A stretch of 64,000 nt of DNA from Rhina ancylostomus. Lineage: Eukaryota. The notes beneath the pieces were generated by a model, which searched no databases, was not told the origin of the DNA, and saw only the letters and a list, made by a program, of their open reading frames with translations. The translations under genes and the position numbers were made by a program. How positions within the stretch are numbered: the stretch's first letter is position 1; each line of letters opens with the position of its first letter. Shown one piece after another: positions 38,300 through 51,589 of the stretch. The DNA is taken from NCBI GenBank assembly GCA_030265395.1, contig JARFYF010000055.1:15800530-15864529 (forward strand), read 5' to 3'.

Positions 38300-40360
38300 T
38301 TCTAACTGTCCTCAAGAGCTAAATCAATTTCTTGAACCACTGCAATCCATATGGCTAATAGCAAACCGATTGTACACAGGGTACGGAGTTCCACTAATTG
38401 ACCCACTGATAAAGAAATAATGATATATTTCTAAGTCAGGACAATTTTCAATTCAGGAGGGGAACCTACAGGCAGAACCCATCCCATATACTTCCTGCCT
38501 TTGGCCCAAATAGCAGAAATCATGGGTTTAGGAGATACTGTTGACATCGTGTTAAGTTGCAGTGGTATATTTTGTAGGTGATCCATATTGTGTTCGTAGT
38601 GGGAGGAGGGATCATTGAATATTTAGGACAATGAATGGTGCCTAGCATTTCTAATGTTGTAGGAGCAGCATTATTCTGGGTATGTGCAGAACACTTCATT
38701 ATATTCCTGTAGACTCAAAGGAAAGACAGCAGCATAATCTGCCTCTCACCTTGCAGCTACCACATTTAACTAGTTGGTCCAATTAAGTTTCTGATCAATG
38801 GTAATCAACATGATGTTCAGAGCAGACTTGACAAGATCAATACCATTGAATGCCACAGGAAGGTAGTTAGATGATCCCTTGCCATATAAAATAATTGCTG
38901 CTTGCCATTTCTCAGTCCATGCCAGAATGTTGGCCAGATATTGATACACGTAAGCACATTTCATTATATAAATAATTAGATAATGGAATTATAACCTGTG
39001 CTCTAAATACAATATTACTGCTGGGGAACAACTTGCCGTTTCAGGAACTTTATGACAAAGTTACAATGATAGCAAGAGAATACAATGGAGCTACCCAAAA
39101 CACTTAACATTAAAATTGTAAACCATGCTCTGAATATTGTACAAATCAGCACCACTCATTCCCATTCCTGATTTTTTGATAGGGAGAAGTTCATTGATGA
39201 GCAGTTGATATATAAAGAAAGGTTGCACAAGTTGGGCCTTTAATCCTTGAAGTTTAGGATGAGAAATGATCTTATTGAAACGTACAAGATTCTGAAGGCA
39301 ATTGGTATGTTGGAAGTTGAGAGGATATTTCTCCTACTCAGCATATCTAGAACAAGGAACAGTTTCAAAATAAGTGGTCACCCATTTAAGATGGGGATGC
39401 AGAATTCCTTCTCTAAGATTTGAATCTTTAGAAACCTTTCCACAGCCCTCAGGGATAGAATCAATGAATATATTCATGGTGGAACTTGATCAACATGCTT
39501 AGTACAAGGTTAAGGAATATGGAGAGAGTGCTGTTGAATCCAAGAATGAATCAAGCTTTGATCTTATTGGATAGTGGAACAGCATCAAAGGCCAATTGAC
39601 CTACTCTTGCTCTTGTTTCTCATGCTGCGTTAGCAAATGAAGATGTTTGTGCTGAGGACAATGCTGTAAGAGCTCTTGCAGGTTCATCCTCGGGTCGAAC
39701 TAATCAGTTTCTGATAATCACATTTCCTTTGTGCCCATTTTGATCGCAGCTAGTGGAGAGATTTTCTCTCGATTCCCATAGAGTTCAATTTTGTTAGAGC
39801 TCCTTGATGCCACACTGTGAAATGATGTCAGGCATTAACAAACTGTTCCCAAGTCTGTGCCTTAACTGATACCATGAGACTTCATGTGGACAGAAGTCAG
39901 TGTCAAGAACTCCAGGGGATACTTCCTCCCACCTGATTCCTGTCTGACTGACCTATTCAGCGAATAAAACAGTGTAATTGGCTGAGGAAGAGTCTGGGAC
40001 ATTGACTGAAAGGCAAGCTTCTGCGAGTACAACTGTGTCGGCCTGTTTCCTGCATAATCTTTAGGGCACTCATCTAATTTAGACACTAGACCCCAGATGT
40101 TGTCGTAGAATATCTGGAAAGTCAAATGGACCAGGTGAATATCCTTGCTGTTACCAAATCCTGTGCCCAGGTCAACATTGCATGGGCCAGCAAGCTTTTT
40201 TTTTTAAACTCATTGTGTCTGCACACAGTGGTATGAACGCCATACCATGCTTTAGACAAGTTGGTACAAATTAATCACATTGTTGGGGGTCACACAGTCC
40301 AAACTAGGTAAGGCTATTTGTGAATCAGATTTTTTTTAAATAATCCAGATACTTCATTGT
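38300..40360 (-). mobile_element. Old chondrichthyan LINE remnant hosting a nested CR1 insertion
   Basis: tttcttgaaccactgcaatcc 3' region; IDQKLNWT remnant; the sequence resumes after 39631. Confidence 0.6.
39209..39631 (+). mobile_element. 5'-truncated CR1 LINE nested in an older LINE
   Basis: YKERLHKLGL...DLIETYKILK remnants; tail ggccaattgacctactcttgctcttgtttctcatg. Confidence 0.75.
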
Positions 40361-40364
40361 TACC

Positions 40365-40970
40365 ATATAATAGAGGTCCACAGCACAGAAACATGCTCTC
40401 TGGCCCAAGTCATCGATTACTGTAATGCTGGGCTGATAATAGGTCCATCTCTCTCTACTCCTTTCTTTTCCAAACACCTTTCTAAAAATCTTTTAGACAC
40501 CATAATTGTATCTGCTTCTACCACTTCCTCTAATAGCTCGTTCCATATGACCACTATCCTCTGTGTGAAAAGTGTGCCCCTCAAATCTCCTTTCACTTTC
40601 TCCCCTCACTTTAAACCTATGTCCACTAGTTTTAGACTACCCACCTAGGAAGAAGACTAATTACCTTCCCTATCTGTTCGCCTTAATTTTATAAACCGCT
40701 ACAAGGTCACTCCTCAATATCTAATGTTCCAGTGAGAATAAACCCAGCCTATCCACTCTCTCCTTACAAGGAAAGCCTTCCATTCCAGACAACATCCTGA
40801 CAAATCTCTTCTACACCTTTTCTAATGCTGCCACAACCTTCCTGTAGTGTGGCCAGACCAATGTTTTGTACAGCTGCAATATGACATCCCAACTCTTATA
40901 CTCAATGCCTTGCCCTATGAAGACAAGCATGCCAAATGCCTTCTTCACAACCTTATCCACCTGTGTCAAA
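40365..40970 (-). mobile_element. CR1 LINE 3' fragment
   Basis: cacagcacagaaacatgc tail reverse complement; atgccaaatgccttcttcacaaccttatccacctgtgtc. Confidence 0.75.
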
Positions 40971-41594
40971 GTTTAAAAAAATCCACAATACTTGGCTGAT
41001 TAATTTAAATTCCCCACTGATATGATGGGATTTGCTAGCAAGTCCCAATTGCTAGCTTGGACTTGCAGATTACTAGTCTGGCAATTTACCTGCCACGCAC
41101 TGTTCACCCCCATATCACTCCACACAGTTTTGGACTTGTTCCATATACAAACCAGTCTCACACAGGACAGAATGCTGGTTCAGTGCCTGGTGCATACTTA
41201 GCTGACTGGTCTCAGCTGTTCAGGCAAGGACCAATACACTTTTGAAGGGAAGAGTAAATAGTTGACAATACAGAGAATAAAAAACAGTAGGATGAAATTT
41301 TGGATTACACTAAGGAGCAACCAGAGACTCGGTAAGCTATTCAGTAAGCATTTGTGCAGCAGTGATTGGAATTCTTACAACCAGCAAGTACCAGAGAGTG
41401 ACTGTAGCTAAAACTGCACCACAGCACAACCATCCAACTTGAGTGGAAAGAATTAGTGAGAAAATGAAAATCCTTTCAATCCTAATACTTGTTAGTAAAC
41501 TATTTCCTTGCAATATCCAAGATGAAATTTTTGGCACATTTGCCCACATTAATGACTCTTTCGTTTTCAGTGAATGAATTGGCTTTGAACTCAC

Positions 41595-41684
41595 CTCGGT
41601 CCTGCCCCATAGCAGATGGATTCATGGTGGGGTGAAGAATTCCATCAGATTGTCCACTTGAAGGGCGGGGTGGCATCTGATTAC
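41595..41684 (-). CDS. ARID1A: ARID1A exon 6 equivalent (90 nt)
   Basis: gccag|GT AAT CAG ATG = (G)[29 protein letters not shown]|gtgagt. Confidence 0.95.
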
Positions 41685-41703
41685 CTGGCATGTGAAGAAT
41701 TTA

Positions 41704-42078
<375 letters not shown>

Positions 42079-44644
42079 CTAAAAAACCAAAAGCACAATT
42101 AGTTCACCTACATTTGCATCAGATTTTCCTCAAATAATAATCATGAACTACTAGTATTAACATGGTGATAGTCTAGCTTTCTTTTCACACAATTATACAT
42201 AATGGTAGAATTTTTACTACACAAAATGATTGCAAGCAATAATCTGAATTTAACATCTTTACTGCATCTCTTTCAATCCATGTTCTTTCTCTAAGCACAT
42301 CTCCAATCATCAGCCTAACTGGTAGAAAACTGCTGATGCTCAATTTCCACAGCTGCCCTACAACCAAAATCGTTGATACTATTGGCATTGTTCCACATTC
42401 ACTGGCCGAGAAAGTATTACAGTGAGATCACTGAGACAGGGCCACAACTTGCATGACACAAGCAGCACCAAAATAATTCAACAGATTAAGGCAAGCAGGA
42501 AGTAAATCACGTAAACTGTAATGACTGAAATAACAAAGTAATTCTTCAATTAAGAAAAAAACCCAATGCATTTGTTTTGGGGAATTGTTATTACACTGCA
42601 AATACTAAAAGAGTTTTCAGTTAGCATTTTGAGGAATAGGGTGTGACAAGGGATATGAAAGATTTTTGGGGGGACTTGTACTGATGAATGAAAGGGATGA
42701 CTAGGAACTAGGTAAGGAAGGAGGCAGCATTGGGAATAATGTTTAAGACATCATTCCACAGCAAGATAGCTGCTCAGCATCCCATAATCTTTGAGGAAGT
42801 ATTACTTATTGCAAAATCTTTAAGACCCACCTCTAGGGAAATATTGAAGTTAAACTTTCACTTAAAATTACAAGTCAAAAGTTGGTGTAGGGTTGACAGG
42901 AGAATGAGTAGTTATGAATAATCCTGCCACGTTTTAAGTACAGCCCTGGCTGGCACAGCCAGTCAGTCTGGGATTACCATCCTCTCAGGCATAATGACAT
43001 CATCACATCACATTTAAATTACTGGAACTACTTTTTTCTTGGTCTTTGAAAATGTCTTCAAAGCATTTGACAACAATTGAATAATTAGCTATCAGCTGGA
43101 GACAGGACAAGAGCCAGAGTTAAATCTCCTGTGTAGAAGTCATACCACAATTACCTGTCAAAGACCTTACATTGTTGTAACCAAATTTGATTGTCTTTTA
43201 CAATTTTTAATTGAGAATAGGTGAAAGCCCTTGCATTTCACAACCCACTCACATTACTAAACATGATTTTGACTGTAAACTTAACGTAGAAGATTTTTTA
43301 ATGCACCAACTCCCATCACCTCGTCTCCCCAAAAGTTAATCAATTGCATCTCTACACCCAGCTCACTATCAAGCTTAATATCACAAACTCATAGGAAGGT
43401 TCCTGTACTAAAATTGTCCCCATCATCTTCAAATCATTATGTAAATCCATAACTGAGGAACAATATCAGGCAGGCCTTCAAATGGCAAACTGCATTTCAG
43501 CAGCAGATTAAAATCAGCTATTATAATGATGCAAGGAAGCTGCATCATTTTTCCACTACAGGGCACACACTCATTTCTAGACACATGATTACTCCCTACC
43601 CACAGACCCCACTAAACAAGCAGAGACAATAATCCTGAACAGTCAAAGACCATTAGGCTACAGGAATTAACCTGGTCTGTTTTACACTATACTGACTGCT
43701 TTTTGACCATGTTACAAAATGGTGGTTAAACAAGAGAAAATGGCAGCTGCAAAAGCATGTCCTGTACGGAATGCTAAGGCAATCTAGCTTATCGTCGAGA
43801 CCAAAAAAAACTACCAAAGTGAACTAATAGAGGTAACAATGCATTATTTGTTAAAATTTAAACTATTTGCTTCTCCTTAAATCAGCAGCATGGATACAGA
43901 TATACATATTCACAAACACAACTAGTTTATAAGCATTCTAGGATTAATACTGCAAACTCATCCCAAGAACACCACTACCCTGTGGTGTTTTACAAAACTG
44001 CTTTCATTATAAGCAACATGTTAAATATTTTAGTTTTCATTTGATACAAATGTTGATTTCACTCAACCAGAATTTACAATGGTAAAGGTACCACATTGAA
44101 ATTGAGGAGACAGAACACACAGGATAATTATGCTGACACCAGCAGGAAATTGCAGCAAGTGAATCTACTACTGACAAGATTTCACACAGATATTCCACTA
44201 ACCACAATGTCATACAACTTGACAAAAGAAGCCACACCAAATAAATAATTCCCATGCTTCCACATTAGTGCAATGGCCAATAGAAACTGCTGTCACATCC
44301 TGATCCCACATTATTGACCTGGAGCGAGCATGACAGTTTCAGAGAGCCTCTCACAAAAAAATGATTGCTCTCCCATCCTAATAATGCTCATTACTCAGCC
44401 AACATTTACATTTGTAAACAATAATAGTGTGAGTGGATTGGTTTGTCTCGCACGCTTTCCATGTGCTTTCGATTTATTGCCCATCTGCCATTACCATCAA
44501 AATACTGGAAGCTATCCAAGTATTTCACACTGAATCTCACACTCCTGGCTGGCTCCCTAACAAAAGCCTTGAGCTTTCTTTTGAAATCCTGCCCAGTTTT
44601 ATTTCAGGCTCTGACCTGATGAATGAGAGTTGAATCCTCCAAGG

Positions 44645-45035
44645 AGTTTATTTATTCATTCATTTTTTTTCAGGATGCTGTTGCCGCTGGCTAGGCCAGC
44701 GTTTATTGCCCATCAGAAAGCCCTCCTTGGTGGAGGAGGTTATGGGTTTCAAAGATGCTGTCAGAACATCTTTGGAAAGTAATTGCAGGAAATTTTGTTG
44801 ATTGTGCACATCGTAGCCATAGTGCAGCAGTCATAGAGAAAAATAAATGTTAAAGATAGTGGATGCATTGCCAATCAAATGGGCCAATTTGTCCTGCATG
44901 CGATCATATTTAACCATTGTTAGAGCTGCATTCATCTTGGCAAGATGGAATATTGCATCAAATTCCCAATGTATGAATTTTAGATGGTGGAAAGGCTTGA
45001 GCTGCCGAATGAGTCACTCACAGGATATTTAGCTG
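44645..45035 (-). mobile_element. Old chondrichthyan LINE 3' end
   Basis: gctggctaggccagcgtttattgcccatc; similar to 38300-38760. Confidence 0.6.
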
Positions 45036-47499
45036 TGTGTGCTGAATGTGTTAAGGTGGTGCCGCTATGCACTCATTGCCACTTCCTACACATTTGACCA
45101 ACACTTGCCATTGCCCCTTATCGCAGGAGTGCACAATGGTACCCTCAGTCACACACACACCAATCAATACATTAATTATGCTTTCTACACTACTTCTAAA
45201 TAATGTTCCCCCTACCTGGATTAATTAAACATTAATACCCTGACTCCCACCCAAATTTTATACAACTGAAACCCCAAGACAAGGTTTTTGACTTGCTGAA
45301 TATTTCTAGCATTTGATATCCAGCATTTGCACTTTTTGCTTTTTGAATGAATAGTAGTTAACCAAAAACAATTCACCTAGTCCTGGATTTATGAAGTGAT
45401 GCCTGGCCTTAACAGGGCAAAGAATGAGACAAAATTAAGGAAATCAAAACAATAATTAAATCCATTTTCAAAAGGAACAAGTCATTTTAGATGGTGCATT
45501 TTTAATAATGTGTCATTATTCCAAGCTCACTCTCTCGCACTTTCGAGCTGAACAAACAGTGAAATAGTAAGGGCCAGTATTCTGATTCTAAATGGATGCC
45601 ACAAGCTGCCTGCTTAATCAACGACCATCAGAAATCCAGACAGAATACATTACCTTTTCTTCACAAAACTCCATGAGGTGGAGATGGCCAATGCTTACAA
45701 ATGAGACAAATGCAAATTAAAAATATACCAGGACGCTGGGGTGTCAGCCCATCCGTTGCTGCTCATTTCCTCTGTTTCTCAATTTGTTACCATTTCATCT
45801 ATTTCTGATCAATGCCAATCTCCTCCCGCCCTCTATAGCTTCACACCACCATCCACCCCCATAAAATCCACCACCCCACAAGGTGCACTTTTCAGTGAAG
45901 GAATTTCAAACTAGCTGCAATCTCCCAAATCTCACTTCCTGAAGGTGGCAAATCATAGAATGCAGCTAGATTGATGATACATTTAAATTCAAAGCTCTCA
46001 TTTAATCTTTATGGCTTGTGCAGCAATAGCAACAATTCTCATGCTATGAACATTATAAAGCCTGTAGAACATTGAAGAGGTAGGGGATTTTGATGGAAGT
46101 ATAAACTTTGAAGGTACCACCTCTAACAATCTTATTAAATGGTATAGGCTCCTACTCAATGTTTCTATGAAGATGGATCCTTATCAGCTATCTAGTTACT
46201 GATTATTGTATTTAGGTGCAGAAGTGCAATCATGGTCTGTGGAGCTCAACAGTGATGCCAGCTTACCTTATCAATATTCTCAAAGAACTAATTTAATAAG
46301 CCTTAGAGAATTATTCTCTTCAAAGCAAACTAGAAACATGAAAGATGCAAAACAGCAATAAAAATTCTTCCAGTAAAGATGCATCTGCTTACCCACTACT
46401 ATGAACACTAAACAAACCAAAGCTCAAAGATCCTCCAAGAGAGAACAGCCAAGTGTCTCCCATTCAAAGTGGAACCTTCTGACTCAGGTAAAAGTCAATC
46501 AGCAAAGCTTATGACGGAGAAGGCAGGTGTGGGGTAGAGGAAACAAGAGATTAATGTATTCTTGCAAATAAATGTTCGTCCTGAATATATTAGCCACCCG
46601 ATCACAGGGGAATGGGAACATCTGGGGTAATCTGGGTGATTTAATAGGATTACGATCTGTACTTATTATTTAGTTTAACTCAAGAAAATGGCAACAAACA
46701 ACTATTTCTGCCCCCACTCCAATTATAATTGTGACTGTTCACTCTGTCCCCAAGGCACGAGTGGCTCAAGAATAACAACAAAGTATACTTCTTCCTAGGA
46801 ACAATGGGAATATCTCTGAGAGAAACAAATCACTCACTCCACAGGATTCTGCCTATCTGGAACTCATGAATGGAGCAAAATGAAGCCACTTTTCCATATT
46901 TAAACAATGTGCAGCAGAATTATTTAACTGTCAATTATATACCCACCTTGGCCATAACAAATGGGTAGGATATTTACATTGGGATAACTTTAACCCTTAA
47001 ATACTTGACTCCTACTCCATTAGTTTTATGTATTTGGTGCAACAGCCTGAGCCAGCTACTATATCACCTACATGACATCAGGCAGCATCAGTAACCAAAT
47101 TACACAGTAGCATATGTCTCAGAAATGGGTTTGGATATTTAAATTTTTTTTAAAAAATCAATATGCACATAGGAAAATAAAACTATCCAAGTGGACCAAA
47201 AGGTTGTGGGAAATAGAGGCCATCATGCCTCTCCCAGGGTCTGCACAACATAGAAACAAAGAATGTATCTAATACATTACTTCAGACCTACTAAGAACCT
47301 TAGTACCAGCAGATTCAATCAAGGGAGGAATCTCATTGACCAACAAGGGTATTTCATGTCCATATGTGAAAACAAGTGTGTGCTTCCTTTTCCATTCGAA
47401 GACATGCAGAAATTGATAGCAAACATCTTAGATTTTATTTCTAAAAGTAAAATGGACAGGTTGGGCCAAAGGGTCCGTTTCCCTGTTGTTTTACTCTAC

Positions 47500-48330
47500 C
47501 TCCTCCTCTGGCAGCTCATTCCATATAACCATCATACTGTGTGAAAAACTTGCCCTTCAATTCTCCTTTAAAATTTTCCCCTCTCACCTTAACCCTAGCG
47601 CCTCTAGTTTTAGATTCCCCTATCTGNNNNNNNNNNAATCTTCTAAACTTCCACAAGGTCACCCCTCAGCCCCCAACATTTCTGTGAGAACACAGCCTAT
47701 CCAATCTTTCCTTGCAACTAAAATGTTATGATCCAGCTAACATCCTGGTGAATTTCCTCTGTACTTTCTAATGCTATCGCATCCTTACTGTAGTGTACAA
47801 CATAACATCCTAACTCTTATACTCAATGCTTTGGCCTATGAAAGCAAGAATGCCAATGCCTTCTTCGATACCTTATCCACCTTTGTTGCCATTTTCAGGG
47901 AACTATGAACTTGAACCCCAAGGTGTCTCTGGACATCAGCACTCCTAAGTCAATGCCTTTTACTGTATGTATACATCCTGCCAGTATTTGATGTCCCAAA
48001 ATGCATTACCTCACACTACACTGGTTAAATTCCAACTGCCACTGCTCCGCCCAGCTTTCAAGCTGATCTATATCCCTGTATCCGTAGGCAATCTTATTTG
48101 CTATCTCCACCAATTTTCACAAATTTACTAATTAGACCACCTATATTCTCATACAAGTCATTGCAGTACACCACCAGTTAGCCCTCTGGTCAGAAAAAAA
48201 ACACCTTCCATCCTCACCCTGCGTCTCCCATCACCAAGCCAATTTTGGATCCAGTTTGCCAACATACCTCAGATCCCACGTGCTCTAACCTTCCCTACTG
48301 TGTAGGACCTTGTCAAGAGGATACCCAAAT
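47500..48330 (-). mobile_element. CR1 LINE fragment
   Basis: Colinear with 40520-40970 and extends further into the RT region. Confidence 0.7.
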
Positions 48331-51300
48331 CTCTCTCCATCCTCACCCCTTCACTAATTAAAAACCTTTGCTACCTCCCCATTTACCATTTCCACTGCAA
48401 CATGAGTCTCATCCCAGTTCAGGAAAAACCCATTTCCCTCAGTGTAGCTCTTTGACACACAAGCACTTTCGCCACATGTTCATTCCTTTTGATCATCCAG
48501 TCTTGAATGAAGACAACGCTGGTTTGCCAGAGTATTCATGGGTCTTAAAAGGTTATGAATGTTGGAGACAAATGGAGCTTTCAACACAGGTTGATAGAGT
48601 TCTGCTGCTTAAAGGAATCAAGAGATACAGCAAACCTGCATTGATGGACAATTAGGCACAAATCAGCTATGTTTTAATTTAATAGGGGAACAGGCTCAAC
48701 AGAATGAATAGCCACCAACTCCTTTGCTTTCATAGTAAACTCTTGCAACTAAGCATCCATTCCAAGCTCTCATCTATACTGTCTTCCTTTGACATAACCC
48801 ATTCATAGTACACTTCTACATGTGCCAAAAAGACCCAGCTTTACCAATCAACCTTGACCTAACATTAACTAGTAACTAAGCCAAAATTTTCAGCAATTTA
48901 AATTTTGAAGTATGCAGCTTCTGCCAAAGTCCTGAAAAACCAAACAATACAACCTTCATAAAATCTTTAATCCAAACACACAAAAAAACATTGAAATTGG
49001 AAATGAAAGGAATACTGCCCAGTCAGAAACAAGTTAAAACAGAAACAATGTAAACTCTCCCCATCCATTTCTCTTTCCCCCTCCCCACCTTTGTTCCCCA
49101 ATTCTTCCATTAAAGCCTAGCTATTCATCCACATATGTAGGGTTTATATTTATATTCTAAAACTTGTCTCCACATTGGGTCAGGTCAGGCCCTACTACAT
49201 TATGCAAGCCAATGACTTAGGTGGCATTTCGATGATAAAATTCTTGTGCAAATAATATGCAGTAAACATGCAAAATTTATGTACTGCTTTCAGAATGCTG
49301 TTCAGAGTGGCCAAACATGCAGGTTGTCAATCAATCCAACCTGTGTTGGTCAGCAAGCAAACAGCAGTGGGACAAAATAAATCAGAATTACAAGTAACTG
49401 GAAAAATGGGCAAAAGTGTGTGCAATTATGTAAAACAATCTTTCCAGAGTTGTTCAACCCAAGACATTTTTGCTTTTGAGGCTGTATTGCAAGTATAAAT
49501 TTTGAAAACATTCTCCAATATTCAACTAAGCAACTAATAACATTAGAAAATGAAAACCAACACGACACTAAGTATAACAAGAATAGTTTTGGTGCAAAAC
49601 CAATTTCCTCAGAGATCAGCGAAGGCTTGCTTCAACTCCTGTGGAGATTTTAAAATGCACCAGTATGACTGATGAAATACACTACTACCTTAAATGCAGA
49701 GTTACCTTTATCACTGTGTCTAAAAAGTAGCAGAGGTTCTGAGTACACATTACTGAAAATCAGAGCAAGTAGACTGCCAACTACTTCACAGGTTAGCTTG
49801 CAAAATCCATACAAACAAATCACAGCAGCACATGTTCACATTGTTATTTTAATTTATCTGTTCTTACACAAACTGAAAGTTGATGCATCTTATTGACTGA
49901 AACATTTCAATGATCATAATTAACTGAAAACTGGAAAATACACTCTCCCTAACTCAAAAATGTTAAGAGGCCTGTTCATGTTCCATTCCCAGAATCTGTC
50001 CTAATTTGTATGGAAGCCTGGATTACACCACATGCAACAGATACGCAGAGCAACACTCCCTCCACTGGCAGCTCTTATCAATGATAGTTAACACCCAATC
50101 AACCATATGTCCACATTTTTAATTTGACTCTCAAATAAACTTTCATGCCCAGAAAATCCTACCCTCTGCTTTTTACAATGCTTTGAAACGAGGAAAGGCA
50201 TCAGAAGCCAGATCTGCAGCTTCACTTGCAATCGAGCTAGATTGTGCTGATGGTTCGCCAGCAGATCCATGGAGAATCACCAGCAAGCTACAGAGGGTGG
50301 GTCAGCATATTTCCAACTTCTAGTTGAACATTTGACCTCCAGTGCAGGCATGGAAATCAGGAATAACCTTACCAGTGCATTGCATCTAGATGGTAGTTCC
50401 CCACGCATCCACCAGCTAATCACCTACAAACCCAGCCCAATTGCAAACCTGCTCTCCCTCCTGGTATCAAAGCATTGGTGAGGTACCTGATCTCTCACTC
50501 CACTCCTGGAGTCAAAGGTTAGTTCTGGATCATCCCAAGCTGAAGGGCCATTTGTACTTCATACCTGGCCCTTCAGTCTTACCCCAGCTAGCACTTAACT
50601 TGGATGAAAGTGTTTATCCCCTTTATTTAATATTAATAATTCACATTAGATATACACTTTCAAATGAACTGCTTTACTATTTTGTTTTAAATGTAGTAAT
50701 TGTTTAAATCTATTTTAATTGTTTTTACATGTCTTTGATAGTATAAAAGAGCTGAAAAAATTTGACAGAATGAACTTCATAGGGCAATTAATCTATGGGA
50801 TGGCCTCAAATTCCATCTCCAGGATGAGGCCTAGTCACCATCTCCAAACCTCTGCTTTAAAAGGGATGGGCAGAACAGTGAAGTCACAAGTACATTTGAA
50901 ACTGTGATGGCAGAACCTTAGTGCAGCTGCAAGAATAGTACTGGGAGAAAACTGAAGGCATGGGCTGGGACAAGCATAATCCAGTTGATTGCCTACCTGA
51001 GGGAATACTGGGACATTTAATCATTAGCAAGCAGAGTAGAGGTGAAAGTGCAACATGCCCACAAAGGCTTTGTCGCATCATATGAATCTCTGTAGAGGGC
51101 TGTCGTAAAATATACACAACTGAAACAAGGCAATCAGCCAAACAGTCAGTGCTAGCACTCAACCTCCAAGGGTATTATTCAGTCCTTCCTCATCTAACAC
51201 CGTCACCCCAATGATTTCCTTTTCACTGCCTTAAATGCAGAATTACAATGGTTACAGCATGGAAGGGGACCTTATTGCCCACCCTGTTCGTGCCAGCTAT

Positions 51301-51589
51301 ATGCAAGAGCAATCACTGCCCTGTTCATTCTGAATGTCTTCAGATTTATTTTAAATACCTCCACATGATTCTCTCATAACCTCCTCTGTTCTTAGATGTA
51401 TCCAGGACAGATAAGAGTGAAGAGGCAAAGTTATTAACTATCAGTGCTGCTGATAGAGAATGCCCTGGAATAACTAAAGGCAGAATCAATTTAGTTAAGA
51501 AACAATAAATGTGATTACACTACAGGAGTTATTCTATTAGCCGCCAATTAGTGGGAGGAACATTGCGGGACAAATTCATAGGCACACTA

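Noticed and set aside
46255-46275. Strong minus-strand donor AAG|GTAAGC
   Set aside because: It lies in decayed repeat-like sequence with no convincing acceptor or frame.
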